Shown piece after piece: positions 8,960 through 17,165 of a stretch of 64,000 nucleotides of DNA. A program made the translations under genes and the position numbers. Source of the stretch: an uncultured Gammaproteobacteria bacterium. Lineage in GTDB: Bacteria; Patescibacteriota; Patescibacteriia; SG8-24. Each line of letters starts with the position of its first letter. Positions within the stretch are counted from its first letter, which is position 1. The notes under the pieces were generated by a model. The model did not search any database and was not told the DNA's origin. It saw only the letters and a program-made list of their open reading frames with translations. The stretch covers positions 189,265 to 253,264 of the forward strand of contig CAZBFO010000001.1 in NCBI GenBank assembly GCA_964491475.1, in the 5' to 3' direction.

Positions 8960-10596
8960 GCGTTATTTTGCTCGGACGCGGTTCTTTGCCGTCGATTTCG
9001 GAGATTTATCCAATTTTCAAAAATCAACTCTCTTTCGGTTGCCGTCAAGCCCAAATCACCCAAGAGCTTGCGATCCTGCTTGCCCAGCACCGCCTCAGTG
9101 GACAAAGTTCGGACGTCATAATCGAGCTCCTTGATGTTAATCTTCACTCCCTTGGGCATGGGAATCAGCAGTCGCTCGATCTCGGACGGAACAAGTTCCA
9201 ATACACCTCCGCCGTAATGCCTACCCTCCAGCTCCGCACTTAACGAGGTGAGCGAATTTACGAAATTACCGACCAAGACATTCCCCGAAACGCTGTTTGG
9301 CTTAATTCTATATGCAGTGTCAGTGGTAAAAGCGTTTAGCTTGTTCACAATAAGCCTCGGAGTATTGCTCGAACGCTTAAGCATGCCAATCTCGGTTGCA
9401 TGCACAGAAGGAACGGAATACCAAGGCTTTCGAACGCTACACTTATAGCGAGTGTTCAGCTTTTGCCGTTCGCCAAACGCAATGTATTTTCTGGCGGCGG
9501 CATCCTTTGCTGCTGACTTATCAGGGAACCAGATGAAGTTTGTCGGGTAGCCCTTTTGAGCGTTCTCTGCGTGCTGCCGAGCGTCGTAAATAACCCCGGG
9601 GCAGTGCCCACTCCTCCCGAACATCGGGTGTGACCATTTCTCCAACCCATACTCTTGGACGGTATCATCATCCACCAGAAAAAAATCGTTCGCGCCGGTC
9701 ACGATGCCAACGTCGACTGCTGCAATATCAATGAATTGTTTTACGTATTCTTGGTTTGCCAGATCTGACAGAATCGACCGCATCTTTGACGCAAGGAGTG
9801 CGTAGGTCCACTTTCCCTTATTGACATCCGTGTTCATCAACTTTGGCGCGTTAAACACCTCAGAGGGATTCAACTTTAGAAACTCTTTTCCTTGCACAGG
9901 ATAAATGCCGACGCCTTCATTAAAGCCCTTGGGGCCGCGGCGTTTTTCAGCCATCAAGAGGACCGCACCCTGGAGCGTATTACCAAACCAGATTTCCTGA
10001 GGGTCAACGATTACGACTCTCCGACACTCTCGTCCAAGAAATGCTCGCAGCGAGCCAGCGTGGGCTACGTGGATTATTTCCGAAGGCACCACCATCGCCA
10101 AACGACCTCCAGGCCGAAGCATCGCAAGGGATGCTGCAATAAATGGCACCCACGCGTTCGTATGCTTAGTGAAGTCGAGGTTTAGGTGCGAAAAAATTTG
10201 CGCGGCACGTGCTTGGAATTTCTCTGGTAGATACTGATAGCGGATGAATGGCGGATTACCCAAAATGGCATCGAAGGTGGTGTTACCGCGCATTTCTTCG
10301 GTTGCCCAGCCGAGATAGTCACCCTGAACGATTCTTGCCTTCGGAAGAAGACCGCGTACTCGCCTCGCAGACTTCGCGGCCTCGTCTTCGTCCAGCTCAA
10401 GGCCGGTGACGGTGCTATTTGCAAATCCACCAACCTTCGCGAGTGCTTCAAAAAAAATTCCGTCCCCGCAACTAGGCTCGAGGATGTTTGCCGGCTTAAT
10501 TTCCTTCACCCAGCGGCTCAAAAAAACTGCCAAATCTAAGGAAGTGTAGTAGCCGCCCCTAAGCTTTTGTGCACTCTCATTAGCCCTAAAGTTCAT
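8911..10596 (-). CDS. Amino (N6-adenine type) DNA methyltransferase, Eco57I/TaqI-like
   Basis: GGYYT, ILEPSCGDGIF (motif I), ILGNPPFIRY (motif IV), C-terminal GRHYGGGVLELVP. Confidence 0.88.
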   Translation of the reverse strand: MNFRANESAQKLRGGYYTSLDLAVFLSRWVKEIKPANILEPSCGDGIFFEALAKVGGFANSTVTGLELDEDEAAKSARRVRGLLPKARIVQGDYLGWATEEMRGNTTFDAILGNPPFIRYQYLPEKFQARAAQIFSHLNLDFTKHTNAWVPFIAASLAMLRPGGRLAMVVPSEIIHVAHAGSLRAFLGRECRRVVIVDPQEIWFGNTLQGAVLLMAEKRRGPKGFNEGVGIYPVQGKEFLKLNPSEVFNAPKLMNTDVNKGKWTYALLASKMRSILSDLANQEYVKQFIDIAAVDVGIVTGANDFFLVDDDTVQEYGLEKWSHPMFGRSGHCPGVIYDARQHAENAQKGYPTNFIWFPDKSAAKDAAARKYIAFGERQKLNTRYKCSVRKPWYSVPSVHATEIGMLKRSSNTPRLIVNKLNAFTTDTAYRIKPNSVSGNVLVGNFVNSLTSLSAELEGRHYGGGVLELVPSEIERLLIPMPKGVKINIKELDYDVRTLSTEAVLGKQDRKLLGDLGLTATERELIFENWINLRNRRQRTASEQNNAQSISITKRSELAVFL

Positions 10597-10697
10597 AGTA
10601 CCTACTTACGCACAATACACAGTGATGGTACTTGAACTGGGGCATATATCCCAGATAAGTTATACCCCCCCACACTCTAGTGCCGCTATTCCGCCCC

Positions 10698-12455
10698 TTA
10701 AGCTTTGGTTGGCTCACCGATATGAGGTTCATTCGGCGTCACGAAAGTCCCTTGAGCCTTGAGCAGCCCCGCATAAGCCCCACCCCGAGCCACGAGCTCC
10801 TCATGCCGCCCGCTCTCCGCAATCCGCCCGTCCTTCAAAACAAGAATCACATCCGCATCCTGCACCGTCCGTAACCGGTGGGCGATGATGAACGTCGTGC
10901 GGTCCTTCATCAAAACGTCGAGCGCGTTCCGCACGGCTTCCTCGGTCTTGCTGTCCAAGTGCGCCGTCGGTTCATCCAAAACGATGATCTTCGGCTTTCG
11001 CAGGAACGCCCGTGCCAACGCCACGCGCTGGCGCTCGCCTCCGGACAACTTCAGGCCGCGTTCGCCGACCATCGTGTTCAGGCCTTCGGGCAGCGCGGCC
11101 ACAAAGGTTTCAAGGCTGGCCAGGCGGACGGCCTCGCGGATCTCCTCTTCGCTGGCCTCGGGGCGGCCGTAGCGGATGTTGAAGCCGAGGGTTTCGTGGA
11201 AGAGGGTCAGGTCTTGGGGGACGTAGGACATCTGGCGGCGCAGGGACACCAAGTTGAGGTCGGCGGCGTTGCGGCCGTCGACCGTGATCTCGCCGGACTG
11301 GGGCAGGTAGTAGCGGCCGAGCAGGTCGACCATGGTGGTCTTGCCCTCGCCCGACTCGCCGACGATGGCCACGCGCTGGCCGGCCTTCACGGCGAACGAC
11401 ACGTCTTCCAGCGTCGGCTTGTCCTCGCTGTAGCGGAAGCGGACGTGACGGTATTCGACGTCGCCGCGCAGCTCGATGGCCTCGCCGCTCATGAAGTCCT
11501 CGGCAGGCTCGGATTCGATATCCTGAATGTCTTTGAGCGCGGCGGACATCCGCATGACCGAACGAAGCTGCCATTGGCAGTAGCGGATGTACCCGAAGAT
11601 GGCGAAGGTGTAGGCGGTGATGGTCGTGACGCGGCCAAAGGTGAACCGTCCGGCGCCGAAGTCCAGCACGGCCAGCAGCAATGCCGCGAACGATCCAAAG
11701 GAGATGATCAGGTTTTGGGTGTTGAGCACGCGCATGTCGATGCCGAAGTCCTCGGCGATGACCGCGCGGAACTCATCGCTGTACTGCTTGAGCGTGGTCG
11801 CGACGAACTGTTCGTTGGTGGTCGACTTCACCACCAGGGCGTTGCGCACGGAATCCCAGCCGAACGACGAAATCTTGCGATCGGCCTTGTTCCACTCCTT
11901 GCGGCTCTCCATCACCTTGGAAAGCGTCGAGCCGGTATACGACATGAAGGCGCAGATGGCCGCCAGCAGAGCCGCCGAAATGCGCCAGTCCAAATACGCC
12001 ACGTATCCCAAAATGCCCACGATGGCCAACAGTGCCGGCCACAAGTCGAACACGATGCCGCTGATGACGTTGTCCACGTCCCAGCGCAGACGGTTCACCG
12101 CCTCGGAAGTCTCGGCGCTTTTCCTGCCGTAATGAAAGGCCAGCGGCTTGTTGAGGATGACCAGCATCAACCGGCGCACCAAGCTTTCGGAGGCGTCCGT
12201 GGATACTTGCTGCCCGCGCTGCAACGTAAAGGAACGCAAGCGCTCCGAAATCACACGCAGTACGAACCAGCCGGCCAAGAAGCCGCCAGCCACCACGAAG
12301 CCCGAGCCGCCCCGAACCAAATCGAACCCACGCCCCATGGCGATGGGAGCGACCGTATCCAAACCGGCTGTCACCACGGAAAGCGCGGTGAAGGCGACGA
12401 CGGTGCGGGAATAAGGCTTGAGTTCGCGCTGGAGGAAGCGGGCGACAGGGTGCAT
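10698..12455 (-). CDS. ABC exporter, fused permease and ATP-binding domain (MsbA/MdlB-like)
   Basis: TM domain, GESGEGKTT Walker A, LSGGERQR signature, LDEPT Walker B, IAHRL. Confidence 0.93.
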   Translation of the reverse strand: MHPVARFLQRELKPYSRTVVAFTALSVVTAGLDTVAPIAMGRGFDLVRGGSGFVVAGGFLAGWFVLRVISERLRSFTLQRGQQVSTDASESLVRRLMLVILNKPLAFHYGRKSAETSEAVNRLRWDVDNVISGIVFDLWPALLAIVGILGYVAYLDWRISAALLAAICAFMSYTGSTLSKVMESRKEWNKADRKISSFGWDSVRNALVVKSTTNEQFVATTLKQYSDEFRAVIAEDFGIDMRVLNTQNLIISFGSFAALLLAVLDFGAGRFTFGRVTTITAYTFAIFGYIRYCQWQLRSVMRMSAALKDIQDIESEPAEDFMSGEAIELRGDVEYRHVRFRYSEDKPTLEDVSFAVKAGQRVAIVGESGEGKTTMVDLLGRYYLPQSGEITVDGRNAADLNLVSLRRQMSYVPQDLTLFHETLGFNIRYGRPEASEEEIREAVRLASLETFVAALPEGLNTMVGERGLKLSGGERQRVALARAFLRKPKIIVLDEPTAHLDSKTEEAVRNALDVLMKDRTTFIIAHRLRTVQDADVILVLKDGRIAESGRHEELVARGGAYAGLLKAQGTFVTPNEPHIGEPTKA

Positions 12456-12532
12456 ATCGCTTATAGTATAGCTTTTTCTGCCGAGGAACTGCTCAGTTTC
12501 TTCTTATTTGGCTCGGTTGTCAACATGCCTAC

Positions 12533-12559
12533 AAGAAAACCGTCGAATCGACGACGGTT
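12533..12559 (-). terminator. Intrinsic terminator closing the TS-like/HAM1/kinase operon
   Basis: Minus strand aaccgtcg-tcgatt-cgacggtt followed by TTCTT, just after the kinase stop. Confidence 0.55.
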
Positions 12560-12575
12560 ATGTTTCCCTGTAATC

Positions 12576-13175
12576 CTACGCCGTTACACGATCGAGAAAG
12601 CGGCATGCATTCGCCTGCAATGAACGCCCAACGATGCTCCGCGCGGCTTGTATGGCATCACCGCAGTTGTCGAAGACGAACGCGCGGTCCTTTTGACGGA
12701 ACAGGCGCTTGAACTCCGAATGATTTGCCCGTGCGTCTTGCTCGATTCCGTCCGGCTCCAGGGAACGAATCCTGCCGGTCATTCGGACGTCATGGTGCCG
12801 GCGACGTAGCACGGCATCAGTCGAAGCATTGAGCATAAAGTACGCCCTGCCGTACGGCCGAAACGCCTCGTCCCACATGCACTCGCGGCGCGTAATTCCA
12901 TTCTGCCTGATGCAGACAACCAAGTGCATCTCGCAGACGATCAACGGCGCCTGAGCGTGCAGGGCAAACGCCCTGAGCAGCGCCGATCGCAGCACCTCCC
13001 GCTTCGCAATAACGGATATCCGCTCAATCTCCTCACGGGAAGCGCCGTCGAAGGCGTGCCGCAAGACCTCCGAGCTCGATATCCGCACCGATCCTCTGAC
13101 CATGCTGACCGAGTGACCTGCTATGGTCGATTTTCCGACGCCGTTGATGCCGAACAGAAAGCAGACGTTTTTCAT
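12576..13175 (-). CDS. P-loop nucleoside-monophosphate kinase-like protein (archaeal adenylate kinase-like)
   Basis: GINGVGKST P-loop, EMH at the position of the archaeal ADK DTH, lid RR..D....R.R; GGAGG before ATG 13175. Confidence 0.7.
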   Translation of the reverse strand: MKNVCFLFGINGVGKSTIAGHSVSMVRGSVRISSSEVLRHAFDGASREEIERISVIAKREVLRSALLRAFALHAQAPLIVCEMHLVVCIRQNGITRRECMWDEAFRPYGRAYFMLNASTDAVLRRRHHDVRMTGRIRSLEPDGIEQDARANHSEFKRLFRQKDRAFVFDNCGDAIQAARSIVGRSLQANACRFLDRVTA

Positions 13176-13238
13176 GATGGCCTCCACGCCCTGAATGGGC
13201 GCCAGCCGCGTCGTCCGTTTGACGGCGCGGAAAGGCGA

Positions 13239-14201
13239 CTATTCAGGAGAAGCAAAGCGGCTTAGGAATCTGGCCAGCGCAGGCACCTCGGAAGTCCTGC
13301 CGCGCTCTTCGGGCGGCATTTCCGCATAGGTCAGTCCCGCGGGATTGGCAGCGGTCACCGGAATCAAGATCTTATCCATCGGGTACGAAGGGAACGTGCC
13401 TCGGGGTTCTTCGGAAAACCTGACCGGCACCTCGCTCACTTCCACGGACATCTGGAAGCCGTCAAAGAACGCGGCGGCGTTTCGTCTGCTCCCGTTTCGG
13501 TTTTCGACGCCCGCCAGGAGCCGCAACAGGCCCTCCGGCTTCAATTTGGTTGCGGCCTGTTTGGAGTTCGGACCGGGAAAGCCCTCATAGGCGTCCATGA
13601 AAATGCCGCCGTCGGTGCAGAGCACCGGTCTTCCCACGATTGCGTATGCACGTCGCGCCTTGTCGTCGGCAATTTTCTCGATGCTGTCATGTTTCAGTTC
13701 TGGAAGATCAAAGTCGCAAGCGTGGAGGTGCGGATGTTCGACCGCCGAACGCATTTCGCGCAACTTCATCGGATTGCTGGTGACAAAATAAACGGAGTCG
13801 GGGAACGGCCGATGGAATGCGACGACCGTGACACCAGTTTCTTCGTCGTCAGACTGCGCGGTCGGCACCCAGCCGAGTCCGCGCATCGAGCTGCGAATCC
13901 ACCTCGGATCAAAACCGCCGCAGGTACGAACGCGCTCAAAGTCGAAGACCGCATACGTGCCGACCCGAGACAGCCTCGTGAGCTCGGCCATATGCAACTG
14001 CGCTTCGACCTTGTCCGCCGTCAGACGGAGCACGTTCCTCGACGTGAGCACGTCGAACGCGCAAGGCGTCACTGGCATGCCTAACATGATCACCTCCAAA
14101 CACCTTGGCGACTCCAATGCGTCAAGCACTCCCGTGAGCACCGTTTCAAAACGCACGATGTTTCGCCTGCTTACTTCCTCGTTCTGCATGTCGACTCTCA
14201 T
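13239..14201 (-). CDS. HAM1/ITPase-family NTP pyrophosphatase homolog with an N-terminal degenerate methyltransferase-like domain
   Basis: YFVTSNPMKLREM, DLPEL, IADDKARRAY, TDGG, GFPGPNSK, TYAEMPPEE; ATG 14201 overlaps the upstream stop (ATGA). Confidence 0.8.
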   Translation of the reverse strand: MRVDMQNEEVSRRNIVRFETVLTGVLDALESPRCLEVIMLGMPVTPCAFDVLTSRNVLRLTADKVEAQLHMAELTRLSRVGTYAVFDFERVRTCGGFDPRWIRSSMRGLGWVPTAQSDDEETGVTVVAFHRPFPDSVYFVTSNPMKLREMRSAVEHPHLHACDFDLPELKHDSIEKIADDKARRAYAIVGRPVLCTDGGIFMDAYEGFPGPNSKQAATKLKPEGLLRLLAGVENRNGSRRNAAAFFDGFQMSVEVSEVPVRFSEEPRGTFPSYPMDKILIPVTAANPAGLTYAEMPPEERGRTSEVPALARFLSRFASPE

Positions 14202-14971
14202 ACCATTCCCGCCATTAACGGCATTAACCTTGGCATCTTTTGCGCGGCGCACTCATTTAGGTACGAACTGACCGTCTCGAGAGCGGCATCATAGGTGTTC
14301 TGATAGATGTGGCCGTCCGTAATCATTCCGTCGATGAAGCCCATGCGTACCGGCGCACTGAGCGTTGACGACAACCGACGCCCCACCTCCTGCGCCAGCA
14401 GTGAGAAAATCACCAAATCGCTGACGTTCTTCTGGAAGATGTCCTGCGAACGCATGTTGTAAATGGTGTTGAGCATGTAGCCGTTGTCGTTCTTGCGGAG
14501 ACGGAACTGCAACGAAACGATACAGGGGAGATAGTCGTTATAGGGCGAATCCAGCACCTTGCCGTAATCCTCGTACGTCGGGAACACCATGACCGCCTTT
14601 TTGGATTCGGGAATTTCCGTCAGCCGTTTCACCACGAAATCGATCATTCGCCCCTCATGCAGCCTCGCATGATAGCTTTTCGCGCCCACGCGAAAGTTCG
14701 GCGTGATGTCGAAGTCTTCCATGACGGGGGACTCGAACACCAGACGGCGCATCTTCTCGATGTTGGCGGCGTTGCCGTAGCGCTCGACCAAGAAATCCTT
14801 TTCGCCGTGCGACCGCACCTTGAGCCGAAGCATCGGCAATGCGAACCTGCCCCGGTTCTCGTCGGGATCGTAAGCCCCGTTCTTAATGACGCACTCGACT
14901 GCCGCCAACCAAGCCTCACCGATAGTGTCTCCGGCAACCGAGTAGCCGAAGCATTCGTGGAAATTAATCAT
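14198..14971 (-). CDS. Thymidylate-synthase-fold enzyme (archaeal-like), probable (d)CMP hydroxymethylase/methylase
   Basis: Catalytic LPC, QF.LR, MRSQD and HIY motifs; Asp at the E. coli Asn177-equivalent position. Confidence 0.78.
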   Translation of the reverse strand: MINFHECFGYSVAGDTIGEAWLAAVECVIKNGAYDPDENRGRFALPMLRLKVRSHGEKDFLVERYGNAANIEKMRRLVFESPVMEDFDITPNFRVGAKSYHARLHEGRMIDFVVKRLTEIPESKKAVMVFPTYEDYGKVLDSPYNDYLPCIVSLQFRLRKNDNGYMLNTIYNMRSQDIFQKNVSDLVIFSLLAQEVGRRLSSTLSAPVRMGFIDGMITDGHIYQNTYDAALETVSSYLNECAAQKMPRLMPLMAGMV

Positions 14972-14979
14972 AGGTGTGA

Positions 14980-14988
14980 TGTGGATAA
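14980..14988 (-). promoter_or_regulatory. Perfect DnaA box just upstream of the TS-like gene
   Basis: TGTGGATAA on + strand = TTATCCACA, 8 bp upstream of the start codon. Confidence 0.4.
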
Positions 14989-15152
14989 GTATGGGGTAGT
15001 CGTAACAGACCTCCTAAATACTGTCAAGCCTTTGACAACTTATTATTTACAAAGTGACAGATGGTCATACATAATTAATGCTTAAAGTCCGAAAAAGCTT
15101 GCGTTAATGTCAGCTCTCGACTACCCTCGCGCCCGCCGGTAATCGGACAAGC

Positions 15153-15569
15153 ATGGGTGATTTTCTAAAACGTTTCTTGGAATGGTCACAGCTTAAAATG
15201 GCACTGCATCAATTGCACAAAACGGTGCGATGCAAGGAGCGCGAAATATGGTGGGTGCACCTAGGGGTAAACGTAGGCGACGAAGAGGACGGCAAGAATG
15301 CGTCGTTCGAAAGACCAGCTATCATCATTAGGAGATTTTATGGCGGCAAGATACTTTGGGTTATTCCTCTCACAACATCAAAGAGAGATGGCGATTATTA
15401 CTTCAGCACCCGCTACACTAACTCAAACGGAAAAGTAATTGATCAATTCGCCATGATCCCGCACTTACGTGCAATCAGCCAAAAAAGGCTGGTACGCAAA
15501 TTGCGGATGCTGTCGAAAATCGAGTTCTCATCGTTAGCAGAACGAATAAAACAGTTCTTGGACACATAA
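15153..15569 (+). CDS. PemK/MazF-family endoribonuclease toxin with no protein antitoxin beside it
   Basis: EREIWWVHLGVNVGDEEDGK...ERPAIIIR, VIPLTT, LRAISQKRL pattern. Confidence 0.85.
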   Translation: MGDFLKRFLEWSQLKMALHQLHKTVRCKEREIWWVHLGVNVGDEEDGKNASFERPAIIIRRFYGGKILWVIPLTTSKRDGDYYFSTRYTNSNGKVIDQFAMIPHLRAISQKRLVRKLRMLSKIEFSSLAERIKQFLDT

Positions 15570-15630
15570 AAAACGACACCCCGTCTGCCGAAGCAGGACG
15601 GGGCGTCTCGGAGCCCGAAGGCACTTGTAC
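15567..15630 (-). ncRNA. Putative small RNA of about 60 nt convergent on pemK (candidate RNA antitoxin)
   Basis: Two C(UUCG)G hairpins on the minus strand, the second a GC-rich terminator stem with U6; promoter directly upstream. Confidence 0.6.
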
Positions 15631-15634
15631 GGCT

Positions 15635-15663
15635 AGGCTACCACTGCCCGCACGGGCGGTCAA
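15635..15663 (-). promoter_or_regulatory. Sigma70-type promoter for the putative sRNA
   Basis: TTGACC (15663-15658), 17 nt spacer, TAGCCT (15640-15635) with TGn extended -10. Confidence 0.6.
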
Positions 15664-15743
15664 GAAACCCATCACATCGGAATTTTTTCGCCTCATTCAG
15701 CATTATTGTCAATACAAACACCTCGTGGCACAATGACCCCCGT

Positions 15744-17072
15744 ATGTTGGACCCCAAACTCATCCGAGAAAACCCCGAGGTGGTCAAAGCCGCCGCCAAG
15801 AACAAGCGCGTGAACGTCGACGTGGACGCCATCGTCTCGTTGGATTCGCAGAAGCGCAAGCTCCAACAGGAGTCCGAAGCCATCAAGGCCGAACAGAACA
15901 AGGCATCGGCTGAAATCGCCAAACTCTCCGCCGAAGAACGTCCCAGCAAGCTCGAGGCAGTCAAAAAGCTCAAAGAATCTTTCAAGGAGCTGGAAGAAAA
16001 GATGACCGCCATCGACGCCGAGCTGCAGCCGCTCCTCTTGAAGCTGCCCAACATCCCCAGCGACGACACGCCAATCGGCCCGGACGAGACCGGCAACGTC
16101 GTGCTGCGCCAAGTGGGGGAGATGCCCAAGTTCGATTTCCCGATCCGCGACCATGTGGAACTCGGCAAGATCAACGATCTCATCGACAACGACCTCGGTG
16201 CCGCCGTGGCCGGCGCACGCTTCACCTACCTGAAGGGCGACTTGGTGCTGCTGCAGATGGCCATGGTCAACTACGCCTTCGCGCTGCTCACCGACCGCGG
16301 TGCCCTTGAACGCATCATCGCCGAAGCCGACCTGCACGACGTCGTGGCCACCCCCTTCGTCCCCGTGGTGCCGCCGCTGATGATCAAGCCCGACGTGTAC
16401 CAGCGCATGGCCCGCCTTGAGCCGCGCGAGGAGCGCTACCACATCCCCAGCGACGACCTCTACCTCATCGGCAGCGCCGAGCATACCCTCGGCCCCATCC
16501 ACATCGACGAGACCATCGACGAGACCCGCCTGCCGCTCCGCTACGTCGCTGCCACCGCCGCCTTCCGCCGCGAGGCCGGCTCGTACGGCAAGGACACCCG
16601 CGGCATCATCCGCCTGCACCAGTTCGACAAGGTCGAGATGGAATCGTTCTCCGCCCCCGAACAGTCGCGCGGCGAGCACGAGTTCTTCGTGGCCGTCCAA
16701 GAGCACATCTGCAAGGCTTTCGGGATTCCATACCAGGTGGTGCAATCCTGCACCGGCGACCTCGGCGATCCGAACGCCCGCAAGATCGACATCGAATGCT
16801 GGATGCCCGGCCAGGGAACCTACCGCGAAACCCACTCCGCCGACTACATGACCGACTACCAGACCCGCCGCCTCGCCACGCGCGTGAAGCGCCGCGAGGG
16901 CGGGAACGAGTTGGCGCACACCAACGACGCGACCTGCATCGCCATCGGGCGCATGCTGGTGGCGGTGATGGAGAATCATCAGCGCGAGAACGGGACGATT
17001 GGCGTGCCGGAAGTGCTGGTGCCTTATATGTTGGGGCGGACGGTGGTTGGGGGAACAGAAAAAAAATCCTAA
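15744..17072 (+). CDS. serS: Serine--tRNA ligase
   Basis: MLDPKLIRENPE, coiled-coil arm, FRREAGSYGKDTRGIIRLHQFDKVE. Confidence 0.97.
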   Translation: MLDPKLIRENPEVVKAAAKNKRVNVDVDAIVSLDSQKRKLQQESEAIKAEQNKASAEIAKLSAEERPSKLEAVKKLKESFKELEEKMTAIDAELQPLLLKLPNIPSDDTPIGPDETGNVVLRQVGEMPKFDFPIRDHVELGKINDLIDNDLGAAVAGARFTYLKGDLVLLQMAMVNYAFALLTDRGALERIIAEADLHDVVATPFVPVVPPLMIKPDVYQRMARLEPREERYHIPSDDLYLIGSAEHTLGPIHIDETIDETRLPLRYVAATAAFRREAGSYGKDTRGIIRLHQFDKVEMESFSAPEQSRGEHEFFVAVQEHICKAFGIPYQVVQSCTGDLGDPNARKIDIECWMPGQGTYRETHSADYMTDYQTRRLATRVKRREGGNELAHTNDATCIAIGRMLVAVMENHQRENGTIGVPEVLVPYMLGRTVVGGTEKKS

Positions 17073-17079
17073 CGAGAGT

Positions 17080-17118
17080 AAGACCATGCCGCGTTTCAGG
17101 ATGCGGCATGGTCTTTTC
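17080..17118. terminator. Hairpin terminator between convergent serS and the OLD-like gene
   Basis: aagaccatgccgcgt-ttcagg-atgcggcatggtctt followed by TT. Confidence 0.7.
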
Positions 17119-17165
17119 CTAATGCGAGCGTGGCACCAAAAAGCGGCCTGATGGCCGCTTTTCAG

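Noticed and set aside
10698-12455. ABC exporter as the fourth gene of the nucleotide operon (nucleoside-antibiotic-like cluster)
   Set aside because: Separated by a terminator, has its own TATACT -10-like site and more host-like codons; not excluded but unsupported.
14198-14971. Annotation as ordinary thyA
   Set aside because: Asp at the Asn177 position, no GLPFN motif, and an accessory-island context.
12576-14971. Assignment to the Kongming system because of the HAM1 gene
   Set aside because: No adenosine deaminase or Sir2 gene nearby, and the inosine-recognition motifs are altered.
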